Shown: positions 11,627-23,185, numbered from the whole stretch's first letter. The stretch is DNA of 63,998 nucleotides, filler included, from Lama guanicoe (GCA_013239625.1; 77 parts of 72 records of this genome joined end to end with filler, not necessarily neighbours in it), one strand, 5' to 3'. Numbers and translations: made by a program. The notes: generated from the letters alone by a model not told the origin.

Positions 11627-12443
11627 CCGTTGGTGGAACCTCCCAAAGCTCAGAATTCCGGAACCATTGTCAGTGGGTGGGGAGTTCGAGAGACAACTCC
11701 ACGCAGTTCTCTTTAGTCACAGGTGTTCCCTTTTAGGGGGAATTCTGAGAAATAACTTCCCTGACCTTGGGGAGGCAGCCNNNNNNNNNNNNNNNNNNNN
11801 NNNNNNNNNNNNNNNNNNNNNNNNNNNNNNNNNNNNNNNNNNNNNNNNNNNNNNNNNNNNNNNNNNNNNNNNNNNNNNNNNNNNNNNNNNNNNNNNNNNN
11901 NNNNNNNNNNNNNNNNNNNNNNNNNNNNNNNNNNNNNNNNNNNNNNNNNNNNNNNNNNNNNNNNNNNNNNNNNNNNNNNNNNNNNNNNNNNNNNNNNNNN
12001 NNNNNNNNNNNNNNNNNNNNNNNNNNNNNCTTGGGGAGGCAGCCTCTGTCACTGTGATTACCTGCAAACCCCCCTAGCATTCCCTGGCACAGAGACATTA
12101 GGAAAAAACCCAGGGGAGTCGAGCTTAGGCATTCCGTTAGAACCCACGCGCTGCCGACAGTTGGTGGAACCTCCCCACGCACAGGATTCTGGAACCATTG
12201 TCAGTTCGTAGGGGAGCTCGAGAGACCACTCCACGCAACTCTCTTCAGTCACAGGTGTTCCCTGAACGGGGAAGTCCGTGAAATACCTTCCCTGACCTTC
12301 GGGAGGCATCATCTGTCACTGGGATTGCCTGCAAACCCCCCTAGCACTCCCTGGCAAAGAGACATAAGGAAAAAACCCAGGGGAGAAGAGCTTCGGCATT
12401 CCATTAGAACACAAGCGCTGCCGACCGTTGGTGGAACCTCCCC
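11627..12443 (+). repeat. SatA 267-bp satellite
   Basis: GGTGGAACCTCCCC at 12163 and 12430 (267-bp period). Confidence 0.95.
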
Positions 12444-12543
12444 NNNNNNNNNNNNNNNNNNNNNNNNNNNNNNNNNNNNNNNNNNNNTTAATTAATTAAN
12501 NNNNNNNNNNNNNNNNNNNNNNNNNNNNNNNNNNNNNNNNNNN

Positions 12544-13647
12544 AATCCACATGCTCTCAACTCAGGAAAGCATGTTTGTCGACTTCGTCATGAAAGTAGC
12601 ATGTACGGAATACGGTTTATAATGTTGATGGAATCTATTCAAATTAAATATCTCTAGGGTAGAATTCGTTCCAAGAGGTTTTTTCTGGGATCAAAGTGTG
12701 ATTCTTGAACCTAGTGATAGGAAGAATCTACGAAGACAAAGTAAATATTTCAAAGTGCATAGGTAAATTGTTATGGTTGAAACATCTGTCATGCGCATGT
12801 ACACAACACAGAAATGCATGTTTGGGGAATCCGTGTTCTATGAAACATGTTCGGAATACGGAATGCCATGGTTATGTAAACAATGTAAATTACATTTGTA
12901 TTGGTTAGAATGCGCACAAAGAGCGGTTTCTGGTGCCAAATATTCGATTTTAAACCTGGTGATACAAAAAACCTATGAGGTAAGAGTAAATACTTCTATG
13001 GGTATATATGCCTTGTTTGGTGGTTGAAAGTTCACTAATCCAAATGTTCACAACTAAGAATCTCATGTTTGTCGAATCCGTCATACATGTAGCATGTACG
13101 GAACCTGGAAAGCCATGTTGACGGAATTCATGTAAATTACATATCTATTAGGTTGAAATCGCTCCAGAAGTATTTTTCTGTGAAAAAGGCACGAATTCGT
13201 AACTGGTGTTAGGGAAAGCTTGTGATAATATGTACACGTGTCTAGATGAAAACGTTTCTTTATAGTGGATGAAAAATCAGTAATCCACATGCTCTCAACT
13301 CAGGAATGCATGTTTGTCGAATCCGTCATGCATGTAGCATGTACGGAACACGGAATATCATGTTGAAGGAATCTATTCAAATTACATATCTCTAGGGTAG
13401 AANNNNNNNNNNNNNNNNNNNNNNNNNNNNNNNNNNNNNNNNNNNNNNNNNNNNNNNNNNNNNNNNNNNNNNNNNNNNNNNNNNNNNNNNNNNNNNNNNN
13501 NNNNNNNNNNNNNNNNNNNNNNNNNNNNNNNNNNNNNNNNNNNNNNNNNNNNNNNNNNNNNNNNNNNNNNNNNNCATGTTGCATATGTTCGGAATATTGA
13601 ATGCCTTGGTTATGTAAATAATGTAAATTATATGTGTATTGGTGAGA
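12544..13647 (+). repeat. SatE: ~246-bp monomer satellite with 738-bp trimeric higher-order repeat
   Basis: CATGTTTG landmark at 12571, 12817, 13064 and 13309. Monomers 1 and 4 are nearly identical. GTTCGGAATA occurs at 12849 and 13587 (738 bp apart). Confidence 0.9.
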
Positions 13648-13907
13648 NNNNNNNNNNNNNNNNNNNNNNNNNNNNNNNNNNNNNNNNNNNNTTAATTAAT
13701 TAANNNNNNNNNNNNNNNNNNNNNNNNNNNNNNNNNNNNNNNNNNNNTGATAATGTTACATGTGAGATGTGGAAACTTCCTAGATGTCAAGAAAGAGCAA
13801 ATCCATTGTATGCTTATATTTTTAGAGTGTGTTATTGTTTTATCGATTGAAATTAAATCAGGCTGATCCATTGAGCCATCCCCTGAGCTCTTGTTGCCTT
13901 CCTACAG

Positions 13908-13964
13908 GTGATACTGCTCTCGTTGCTACATGTGCCCTTCCCCCAGAGTTGGTTTTGGAGTTGA
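13908..13964 (+). other. Candidate 57-nt internal exon of an unknown gene
   Basis: Pyrimidine tract with CCTACAG| acceptor and GA|GTAAGT donor. One frame is open (GDTALVATCALPPELVLEL, phase 1-1). Confidence 0.3.
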
Positions 13965-14803
13965 GTAAGTCACCATGACTGGAGCCCTCTCTTTAAATGA
14001 TTAAGAGAACATTTGCTCTTTCGGGACTTGGATGAGATGAGGTAACAGATAAAGAATGGAGCCCCACCTCATTCTGACCCCCGCTCTTTCCGTTCCTTTC
14101 TCCAGGGGAAGAGTACAATACAAAAATATAAAGATTGTGAGCTAATGAGATAGACAAGACAACCGATCATTTATTAAATACCCTTTCATGCCAGAAACAA
14201 ATGTATTATACACACAAAAAGCACATAAAATACGGTAGTACTNNNNNNNNNNNNNNNNNNNNNNNNNNNNNNNNNNNNNNNNNNNNTTAATTAATTAANN
14301 NNNNNNNNNNNNNNNNNNNNNNNNNNNNNNNNNNNNNNNNNNCAGCCTCAAAGGAGCCTGGGATTTATCAGTTATGTTTTGTCAGTGCTGTAGATTTCAG
14401 AAAATGCTTTTACCGTTTCTCTCCATCTGAGGCAGCAGCGTGCTCTCTTACCAGCATCAGAAGCTCAGGGCTATGGGATGGTGGGGTTTGACTGCACTGA
14501 CATCAAGACAGCTGTGCTAGTCACTGCAGGCTTGGTGCTTTCACGTAGTGCATTTCATGTTCTTTAATTGGTTTCAACAAGTAGTTAATTAACTGAGTTA
14601 ATTAACATTTAATAAATATGATGCTTTGTTGAAAAGACAGTCATAGGCAGAATATAAGTTGTGAACACTTTAAAAACGGTTTCATTACTGAAATTTCAGT
14701 AGGGAAGATTCAGTTTATCTTATATATGCCTCTCTTAAAAAGTAACAAAGAAACAAGACAGAAAAAGCAGAGGATGATTTCTGTTCTTCCTCTCGGCTTG
14801 CAG

Positions 14804-14889
14804 GTGCCTTCACCTCCAGTGGCATCCATCCAGACAACAGCACTGACACTGGCCGTGCTCAGAATTGCCTCAGCCCTGAAGACAAATAG
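14804..14889 (+). CDS. Candidate terminal coding exon (GAFTSSGIHPDNSTDTGRAQNCLSPEDK*), gene unidentified
   Basis: Acceptor TTTCTGTTCTTCCTCTCGGCTTGCAG|, then an open frame to TAG at 14887-14889. Confidence 0.3.
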
Positions 14890-15027
14890 AAGGGGGGGCG
14901 CCCTGTTACAGGGGGTGCTCTCACTTTNNNNNNNNNNNNNNNNNNNNNNNNNNNNNNNNNNNNNNNNNNNNTTAATTAATTAANNNNNNNNNNNNNNNNN
15001 NNNNNNNNNNNNNNNNNNNNNNNNNNN

Positions 15028-15865
15028 AGAAAACACGAAATTATAAAAGAAGACATGCAAATCACTGAGAGTGGGACAGGGAGGCAGCGAAATATAGAAT
15101 TTTTTTTCTATCTTTTTTAAATTTTTTTAACAGTAGGATGGGTTTGAGATCATGTTATTATCAGTTTAATAAAAACAGGTATAAGCTAATAGATTTACAA
15201 AAAAGGGTAACCATAAGTCAAAAATCTACAAGGGAGTCACAAAAATTAAATAGAATCCATGATAATACAAAGGAAAATTACCAACACAAAAGGAAGAAGA
15301 AAGGAACTAAGAGGATATACCAATTCAACTGCAAAGATAAGTTCAAAATGGCAATAAACACACATCTATCATTAATTACTGTAAATGTTAATGGACTAAA
15401 TGCTCCAGTCAAAAGACATAGAGTGGCAGACTGGATAATAAAGCAAGAACCTTCAATATGCTGCATACAAGAGACCCACTTTAGGGAGAAGGACACATAT
15501 AGATTGAGAGTGAAAGGATGGAAAAGGATATTCCATGCAAATGGAAAAGCCAAAAAAGCAGAAAAAAAGCAGGTGTTGCAGTACAGATTGCAGACAAAAT
15601 AGACTTTAAAACAAAGGCCATAAGGAAAGATAAATGGGGATAATCTTTAATGATTAAAGGAGTGATACAAGATGAAGATATTACACTCGTTAATATATAT
15701 GCACCCAATATAGGAGCACCTAAGTACATACAAGAATTACTAACACAGATAAAGGGTGATATTGATGGGAATACAATCATAGCTGGAGATTTTAACACTG
15801 CATTAGCATCACTGCATAGCATCACTAGACAGATCTTCCAGACAGAAAATAAACAAGGCAACAGA
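15028..15865 (+). mobile_element. LINE-1 inter-ORF region and ORF2 endonuclease domain, inactivated
   Basis: ORF2 start ATG at 15348 (MAINTHLSLITVNVNGLNAPVKRHRVADWI...CCIQETH), then NIYAPN and IIAGDFNT. Frameshift at a duplicated AAAAAAGCAG (~15553-15573) and a stop near 15640. Confidence 0.96.
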
Positions 15866-15965
15866 NNNNNNNNNNNNNNNNNNNNNNNNNNNNNNNNNNN
15901 NNNNNNNNNTTAATTAATTAANNNNNNNNNNNNNNNNNNNNNNNNNNNNNNNNNNNNNNNNNNNN

Positions 15966-16867
15966 AGGCTAAATTTCCAAAATATAAAGAATTCATACAA
16001 CCTAATAATAATACCTAAAAAAAACAAGAAGCCAATCTGTAAATGGGCAGAAGTCCTAAACAAGCAATTCTCCATTAGAGACATACAAATGACACACAGA
16101 TATATGAAAAAAGTATTGCTCGCTATCATTATCAGAGAAGGGCAATTCAAAACTATAATGAAGTATCACCTCACGATAGTCACAATGGCCATCATCCAAA
16201 GTCCAGAGACAATAAATGCTGGGGAAGCTGTGGAGAAAGGGAACCCTCCTACAGTGTCAGTAGGAATGTAGTTTGGTGCAGTCACTGTGGAAAACAGGAT
16301 GGGGATTCCTCAAAAGAAAAAAATAGAATTAACATAAGATCCAGCAATCCCACTTCTGGGTATATATCAAAAAGAACCCTAATTCAAAGTGTCACCTGCA
16401 CCCCAAATTTCTTAGCAGTGCTATATACAATAGCCATGATATGGAAGCAACGTTATTGTCCATCAACAGATAACAGTATACGGAATTTATGCCATATGTG
16501 CACAATGGAATAATATTCTGCCATAAAAAATGATAATACAATGACATTTGCAGCAAAATGTATGTCCCCATATTGTGTCATTCTAATTGAAGTAAGCCAG
16601 AAAGAGAAAGAAAAATAATACATCAGAAGATATATGTAGAACCTTAAAAAAAAATTTGGATGAGAACACTATGATTTCATCTATAAAACTGAAACACACT
16701 AACAGATCTAATTAATAATCTTATGGTTACTGCTAAAAGGGGCTTGTAGAGGATATATTTGGGAGTTGTAGAGTTATAAATGTTATCCAGTATATATAAA
16801 AATAGATGTTTTCAAAAGTTCATTTGTATCACACACGGCAGTATGTTAAATATTGTGAAGTTAAGTT
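15966..16867 (+). mobile_element. LINE-1 ORF2 C-terminus and 3' UTR
   Basis: AAATGGGCAGAAGTCCTAAA...GATCCAGCAATCCCACTTCTGGGTATAT...AATGGAATAATATTCTGCCATAAAAAA. Confidence 0.93.
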
Positions 16868-17091
16868 NNNNNNNNNNNNNNNNNNNNNNNNNNNNNNNNN
16901 NNNNNNNNNNNTTAATTAATTAANNNNNNNNNNNNNNNNNNNNNNNNNNNNNNNNNNNNNNNNNNNNACATAGCATTTCTCCGTATGAACAACATGAGCT
17001 TCTGGCTGCTACCCCCTCATTCCTCCTACTTCTAGCATCATCCATAGTTGAAGCCGGGGCAGGCACTGGTTTAACTGTTTACCCTCCCCTA

Positions 17092-17769
17092 GGAGGGTAG
17101 GAGGAGGATGTGGAAGAGGAGGAAGTGGAGGAGGAGGAGGTGGAGGAGGAGGTGGTGGAGGAAGAGGAGGATGTTGAGGAGGAGTAGGAGGATGTGGAGG
17201 AGCAGGAGGAGGATGTGGAGGAGGAGGATGTGGAGGAGGAGGATGTGGAGGAGGAGCAGGATGTGGAGGAGGAGGTGGAGGAGGAGGAGGTGGAGGGTGA
17301 GTTGCTGGAGGAGGAGTAGGTGGAGGAGGAGNNNNNNNNNNNNNNNNNNNNNNNNNNNNNNNNNNNNNNNNNNNNNNNNNNNNNNNNNNNNNNNNNNNNN
17401 NNNNNNNNNNNNNNNNNNNNNNNNNNNNNNNNNNNNNNNNNNNNNNNNNNNNNNNNNNNNNNNNNNNNNNNNNNNNNNNNNNNNNNNNNNNNNNNNNNNN
17501 NNNNNNNNNNNNNNNNNNNNNNNNNNNNNNNNNNNNNNNNNNNNNNNNNNNNNNNNNNNNNNNNNNNNNNNNNNNNNNNNNNNNNNNNNNNNNNNNNNNN
17601 NNNNNNNNNNNNNNNNNNNNNNNNNNNNNNNNNNNNNNNNNNNNNNNNNNGGGGGGGAGGGGGGGGGGGGTGGGGAGGAGGAGAAGGACGAGGTGGGGAG
17701 GAGGAGTAGGTGGAGGAGGAGGAGGAAGAGGTGGGGGAGGAGGAGGTGGAAGATGAGGAGGAGATGAAG
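17092..17769 (+). repeat. (GGA)n / GGAGGATGT purine-rich low-complexity repeat
   Basis: Long imperfect GGA array spanning an N gap. Confidence 0.93.
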
Positions 17770-18042
17770 NNNNNNNNNNNNNNNNNNNNNNNNNNNNNNN
17801 NNNNNNNNNNNNNTTAATTAATTAANNNNNNNNNNNNNNNNNNNNNNNNNNNNNNNNNNNNNNNNNNNNCACTTTAACTCACCTGAGGGTGTTTTCCTCA
17901 CTTCAGGGACAGTGAGGATTGGGTTTCCTCACACTCCAAGTGCCCCCGGTCTGGATGCAGACAGTCTGGCTCTCCCCCAAGTCCTGCAGGTCCCGGCCAC
18001 ACCTGCTGCTGGTCACTGAGTCTGTGCTGTGTTCTCTTCCAG

Positions 18043-18091
18043 GACAAGAACCCCGCACCCACCAGCGGTAGCAGAGGTGGCGGACACCCAG
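18043..18091 (+). other. Candidate 49-nt exon of an unknown gene
   Basis: GTGTTCTCTTCCAG| acceptor and CAG|GTGAGC donor. Confidence 0.35.
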
Positions 18092-18520
18092 GTGAGCTGG
18101 GGCCTGAGACCGTGCCCGCAAATCAGTGCCCCAGAAGCCGCTGGTGACTAGAGGGACCACGGGGCAGAAGCCAGCATGTGAAGGGAGGAGGAGGAAGGTT
18201 CAGGATAAGGAGATGAAAGGGGGAATGAATAGCACCGTGAAGACCATGACCATGAAAGGGAAGAGGAAAGATAGTGACAGCTGGAGTGGTGTCGGCATTA
18301 AAAGCTGTGGGTTTTTTTTTTTTTAAATTTTATTAATTACCAATATATATTGACAGATTTCTGATTTTATGAAAGATTATGTGCCATGTCATATAACAGG
18401 ATATAGTATGATATTATTTANNNNNNNNNNNNNNNNNNNNNNNNNNNNNNNNNNNNNNNNNNNNTTAATTAATTAANNNNNNNNNNNNNNNNNNNNNNNN
18501 NNNNNNNNNNNNNNNNNNNN

Positions 18521-19331
18521 GGAGCAGGATTCCTGGGTCATATGGCAAGTCTTTTCCTAGACATTTGAGCGAACTCAATACTGTTTTCCACAGTTGCTGC
18601 ACCAAACTGCATTCCACCCAGAAGTGCAGGAAGTACCCCTTTCTCCACAGGCTCTCTAGCATTTGTCATTTGTGGATTTTTGAATGATGGCCATTATGAC
18701 TGGTTTGAGATGATACCTCATTGTAGTTTTGATTTGCATTTCTCTGATAATTAGAGATATTGAGCATTTTTTCATGTGCCCATTGATCATTTGTATGTCT
18801 TCCTTGGAGAATTACTTGTTTAGGTCTTCTGCCCATTTTTGGTTTTGGTTATTTGGTTGTTTCTTATTAAGTCATTTGAGCTGCTTATATATTCTGGAGA
18901 TCAAGCTTTTCTCAGTTTAATTTGCAAAAATGTTCTCCCATTCTGTAGGTTGTCTTTTTTTTTTACTTATGGTATCTTTTGCTGTGCAGAAGCTTGTAAG
19001 TTTCTTTAGGTCCCATTTGTTTATTCTTGCTTTTATTTCTATTGCTTGTGTAGACTGCCCTAAGGGAACATTTCTGAGATGTATGTCAGATATTTTGCAC
19101 TAGGAGGATTATTGTATCTTGTCTTATGTTTATCTTGCTGAAGAGACTGTCTTTATTCCATTGTATATTCTTGCCTCCTTTGTCAAAGATTAGTTGACCA
19201 AAAGTTTGTGGGTTCATTTCTGGGATCTATATTCTGTTCCACTGGTCTATATGTATGTTTTTGTACCAATGCCATGCTGTCATGATGACTGTAACTCTAT
19301 AGTATTGTCTGAAGTCTGGGAGAGTTATTCC
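18521..19331 (-). mobile_element. LINE-1 ORF2 3' region, relatively young, with an internal deletion near 19130
   Basis: TACCTCATTGTAGTTTTGATTTGCATTTCTCTGATAATTAG...TTTGCTGTGCAGAAGCTT... Confidence 0.93.
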
Positions 19332-19431
19332 NNNNNNNNNNNNNNNNNNNNNNNNNNNNNNNNNNNNNNNNNNNNTTAATTAATTAANNNNNNNNNNNNN
19401 NNNNNNNNNNNNNNNNNNNNNNNNNNNNNNN

Positions 19432-19829
19432 CTGGTAAAACCCGACAGCCACAACTGCACAGTAGCAGAAAGGACTTAACAGGACATGGTCCAATGTTCA
19501 TCGTATTATAATTAACATTGTGGCTTAGTGCCCTTCCCCGCCATGGGTTTTCCTGTGTACACCGTAGTAAGGACATGCACAAAGGGGCCAAACATGACTA
19601 AGCATTCTAGGGACAAGAGCCATCAATCAATCAAAAGACCACCTCTAAGTGAGGGTACAGGAGAAAGGGAAAACAGAAGCCACTGCTTTTCCTCCCTTGG
19701 AACAGCCTGCCTCCTGTTCTTTTCTAAATAAATCTTTAAAATCTTTTGCTACACAAGGCACTGTCTCCCAACTGTAAACTTGTCTTTTGAGATCTGACAA
19801 GAACTGGGGTCTTTACCTGTTGGGGTAAC
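19432..19829 (+). mobile_element. Probable ERV LTR fragment (R/U5 end)
   Basis: AATAAA at ~19726, then U5-like TCTTTTGAGATCTGACAAGAAC...GGTAAC. Confidence 0.5.
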
Positions 19830-19831
19830 TT

Positions 19832-20335
19832 TGTTACAGAAACCACAAGCCAGCCAAGAAACAAGCACCACTCAGAGGGTTGGAGTGTTCAGATGTATTA
19901 TGACGGTGGGCTCAGAGGGGCTTCTGCTCTGAAGCTCTAAGCACCTCCAAGACGTGTGCACAAGGTTTTATAGGGTAAAATACAAGCTTGGGGTATTAGG
20001 CCAATAGGCATGGAGCAGCTTTAGCAGCATCATTATCACAAAAGTGGAGGCAGGGAGACAGCAAACCAACATTCCAAAGCCAGATATATCTCTTTGAAAA
20101 TCCAGCTGGCTAGCAAAAAAAACAAACAAACAAAAAAATAAAAACAGAAAAACATGAACAGGGAATCAGCAAACCAACACTAATTAACTTAGATTTACAA
20201 GTTAGTCCAGCAGAACTCAGATCAGTATTCTGATACTTAGATTTGTGAGTTATCTTGTTAGCCCAGCCCAGCCTCTCCTTCACATTCCTAGATTTGTGAG
20301 TTATCTTGTTAAACCAGCCTGGCTTTTCCTTCACA
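19832..20335 (-). mobile_element. Solo ERV1-type LTR (~504 bp) with 4-bp TSD ACTT
   Basis: The minus strand starts TGTGAAGG and ends GTAACA. ACTT lies at 19828-19831 and 20336-20339. Minus-strand TATAAAA at ~19966-19972. Confidence 0.85.
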
Positions 20336-20457
20336 ACTTCTTTGACTAGAGCAAAAANNNNNNNNNNNNNNNNNNNNNNNNNNNNNNNNNNNNNNNNNNN
20401 NTTAATTAATTAANNNNNNNNNNNNNNNNNNNNNNNNNNNNNNNNNNNNNNNNNNNN

Positions 20458-21050
20458 TTAAGATGATAACCTCAAAATGTCTAACTCCTGCCCCCACCTC
20501 TCCCCTGAGCTTAAATTCATATCTGATTATTTACACTTCCACATGGATATTTAACAGGAATCTCAAATTTAATGTGCCTAAAATCAAGCCCCTGATTTCA
20601 ACCACCTCCAACCTGCTTCCTCCAGTTTCTTCATCTTCTTAATAAGTGGAAACTTCATTCTACTAGTTATTTCAGACAACAATGCTGGAGTCATGTTCAC
20701 TTTTCTTTTTCAGTCACATCAAATCCAGTCCATCTGCAAATACTATTGGCTCCACCATCAAAAGCTGACAGTTTTTCACCACCTCCAATACCACTAATCT
20801 AATTCAAGCTACATGACCCTCATCTAGATATTTGCAATAGCCTCTACTCTTATTCTCTCCCAGTGGTCAGTGTGTTCCTTTTAAAATATGTCAGAAATGT
20901 CATTAATGTTCCCAAAACCCTCCTATGGCTTCTCATATCAGCTCAGAATTAATGCGAAGTCCTTTCCTTTTCTTGTACATCTCTACATGTCCTCACCCAT
21001 CCTCCTGCAATATCTCTCTGACCTCATCTCTTACCACTATATTTTCATTG
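20458..21050 (+). mobile_element. L2 LINE fragment
   Basis: CCTCTCCCCTGAGC...TCCACATGGATATTTAACAGGAATCTCAAATTTAATGTG...CATCTGCAAATACTATTGGCTCCACC, resembling the L2 consensus. Confidence 0.85.
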
Positions 21051-21150
21051 NNNNNNNNNNNNNNNNNNNNNNNNNNNNNNNNNNNNNNNNNNNNTTAATT
21101 AATTAANNNNNNNNNNNNNNNNNNNNNNNNNNNNNNNNNNNNNNNNNNNN

Positions 21151-21893
21151 TTTTTTTTTCTCTATTGTATTTCCCTTCTCTATTTTGTTTATCTCGACTC
21201 TGAACTTTTTTCCTTTGGCTTTGGGTTTAGTTTGCTCTCCTTTTTCTAATTACTAAAGTATAAAGTGAGGTTATTGATGAGAGATCTTTTTCTTTTTTAC
21301 TGTAGTATTTACAACTAGAAATGTCCCCATGAGCACTGCTTACTCTATATTCTATAAGGTTTGGTGTCTTTTATTTTTGTATTCGCTTGTCTCAGAGAAT
21401 TTCCCAATTTCCATTTTGGTTTTCTTCTCCTTGACCCATTGGTTGTTTATGAATGAGTTGTTTAATTGTTACATATTTTTTAATTTTCCAATTTTCTTTT
21501 TGTAATTTCTTATTTTATCCCATTGGGGTCAGAGAAGATGTCTTCTAGAATTTCAGTGTTTTTAAATATATTAAGACTCACTTTGTCACCTAGCATACGG
21601 TCCATCCTGGAGAATGTTCCCTGTGCACTGGAGAAGAATGCGTATTTGTCTGTTTAGTTGGCTGTAGTGTTGTTCCTTGTAGCTTGTCTGTCTAGTTGTT
21701 CTGCCTGTTTACTGAAGTGGGGAATACAGTTTCCAGCTGTGACTATAGAACTGTTACCACCTTCAGCTCTTTCAGTTTTTGGTCCTACATTCTGGGTCTC
21801 TGTTTTTCAGCATGCTTGAGTTTATAATTGTTACATCTTTCCCCCATTGACCCTTTTATCAGTGCATAGTGTCCTTTTTTGTCTCTTGCAACA
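21151..21893 (-). mobile_element. Old LINE-1 ORF2 endonuclease region
   Basis: TCCATCCTGGAGAATGTTCCCTGTGCACTGGAGAAGAATG...ATTGACCCTTTTATCA, antisense L1. Confidence 0.88.
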
Positions 21894-21993
21894 NNNNNNN
21901 NNNNNNNNNNNNNNNNNNNNNNNNNNNNNNNNNNNNNTTAATTAATTAANNNNNNNNNNNNNNNNNNNNNNNNNNNNNNNNNNNNNNNNNNNN

Positions 21994-22330
21994 GAAATGA
22001 CCTGGTGAAAAAGAGTGAGTTGCCAGCAAATCCTCAAAACACATAAGGGTGCAATCCCTGGGAGCTACAGGCATGGGTGGCAGTTCCTTAGGTCCCCACT
22101 TCACAAAGCCGAGAACTTTGCAGGGTCCATGAAAGACACAGATAGCCCAATACAACCACACCATGTTTTGGAGTACACCGAGGCCACATCACTGCTGACC
22201 TGTACTTCTTTGTGTCCCAGAGCAACAGCCCTGGGTGGGGGTGACCGTGTTTGAATGGACAAGAATGTTCTGTCTCTTTTGCTCTCTCTCTTCCTGCAAT
22301 AAAACAACTGACAGGAGCACTGCACCCACA
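21994..22330 (+). mobile_element. Possible old LTR fragment
   Basis: TGTCTCTTTTGCTCTCTCTCTTCCTGCAATAAAAC resembles an LTR R region. No termini or TSD seen. Confidence 0.3.
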
Positions 22331-23059
22331 TTCTCTGGCAAACCACACACTAGGCAGCCCTAGCTGATCTGAGAGAGGACTCTTCAATGAACATATATAC
22401 ACCCAAGTCAGGCAGAAGGCTGCCTGTGACCTTGGGAATCCAAACCAGCTTGCCCTGTTAATCAGGATATTAAACATCTAAAGAAAGTGTGCACCAGATG
22501 AANNNNNNNNNNNNNNNNNNNNNNNNNNNNNNNNNNNNNNNNNNNNTTAATTAATTAANNNNNNNNNNNNNNNNNNNNNNNNNNNNNNNNNNNNNNNNNN
22601 NNTTACTGCAGGACTGTATTTAAAGCCAGGGCACCAAGGAACTTAAACCAATACATAGGAACCATTTTTCCCCCAGGAATATGCAGATTCTTACCAAAAA
22701 GTGGAACGATATTCCTGAGTCACTCTGTCAAATCAAGCAATGGAAAATGCTTTACTAAATTTGAAACAATAATAAAAGTTGGATAGTAGAGACAACTTGT
22801 TTTGCATGTTTGATACCTAATACCCTTCTTAGAGCATTGAAAACACATTTTATACATAATTGTTAAATAGTTGTTGAAAAAGCAACACAGATCCTCAAGG
22901 CTCATATATACAGCAAAGATCTGTCCATCCCATCCCCACCTGTACCCACACGCATTTCTAACTGGGAGGTTAGACTGTTTTCTCTCTGCGAAATTCTATG
23001 CATATACAGTAGCATTCATTTGTGATGTCTCGTATTTTGTCCCAACTTGCTAGATTCTG

Positions 23060-23185
23060 TGTGTATAGACTTATTCCTCAACTAAATTGCAAGATAAGTA
23101 CTACAATTTACACATGTATCTTCTGCAACGCTTGGCACTGACTTTGAATACATTAGGTTCTTAATAAATATCTGTTGGCTGATTA
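23060..23185 (+). mobile_element. L2 3' tail relic
   Basis: TGTATCTTCTGCAACGCTTGGCAC...TAGGTTCTTAATAAATATCTGTTG. Confidence 0.6.

Noticed and set aside
14583..14606. Two natural GTTAATTAAC palindromes resembling the linker
   Set aside because: They are not flanked by N. This is a short AT-rich duplication with no supportable function.
17108..17767. Arg/Trp-rich protamine-like ORF, or a Glu-rich alternative frame
   Set aside because: It is a translation of a GGA microsatellite, with frame-breaking variants and no gene context.
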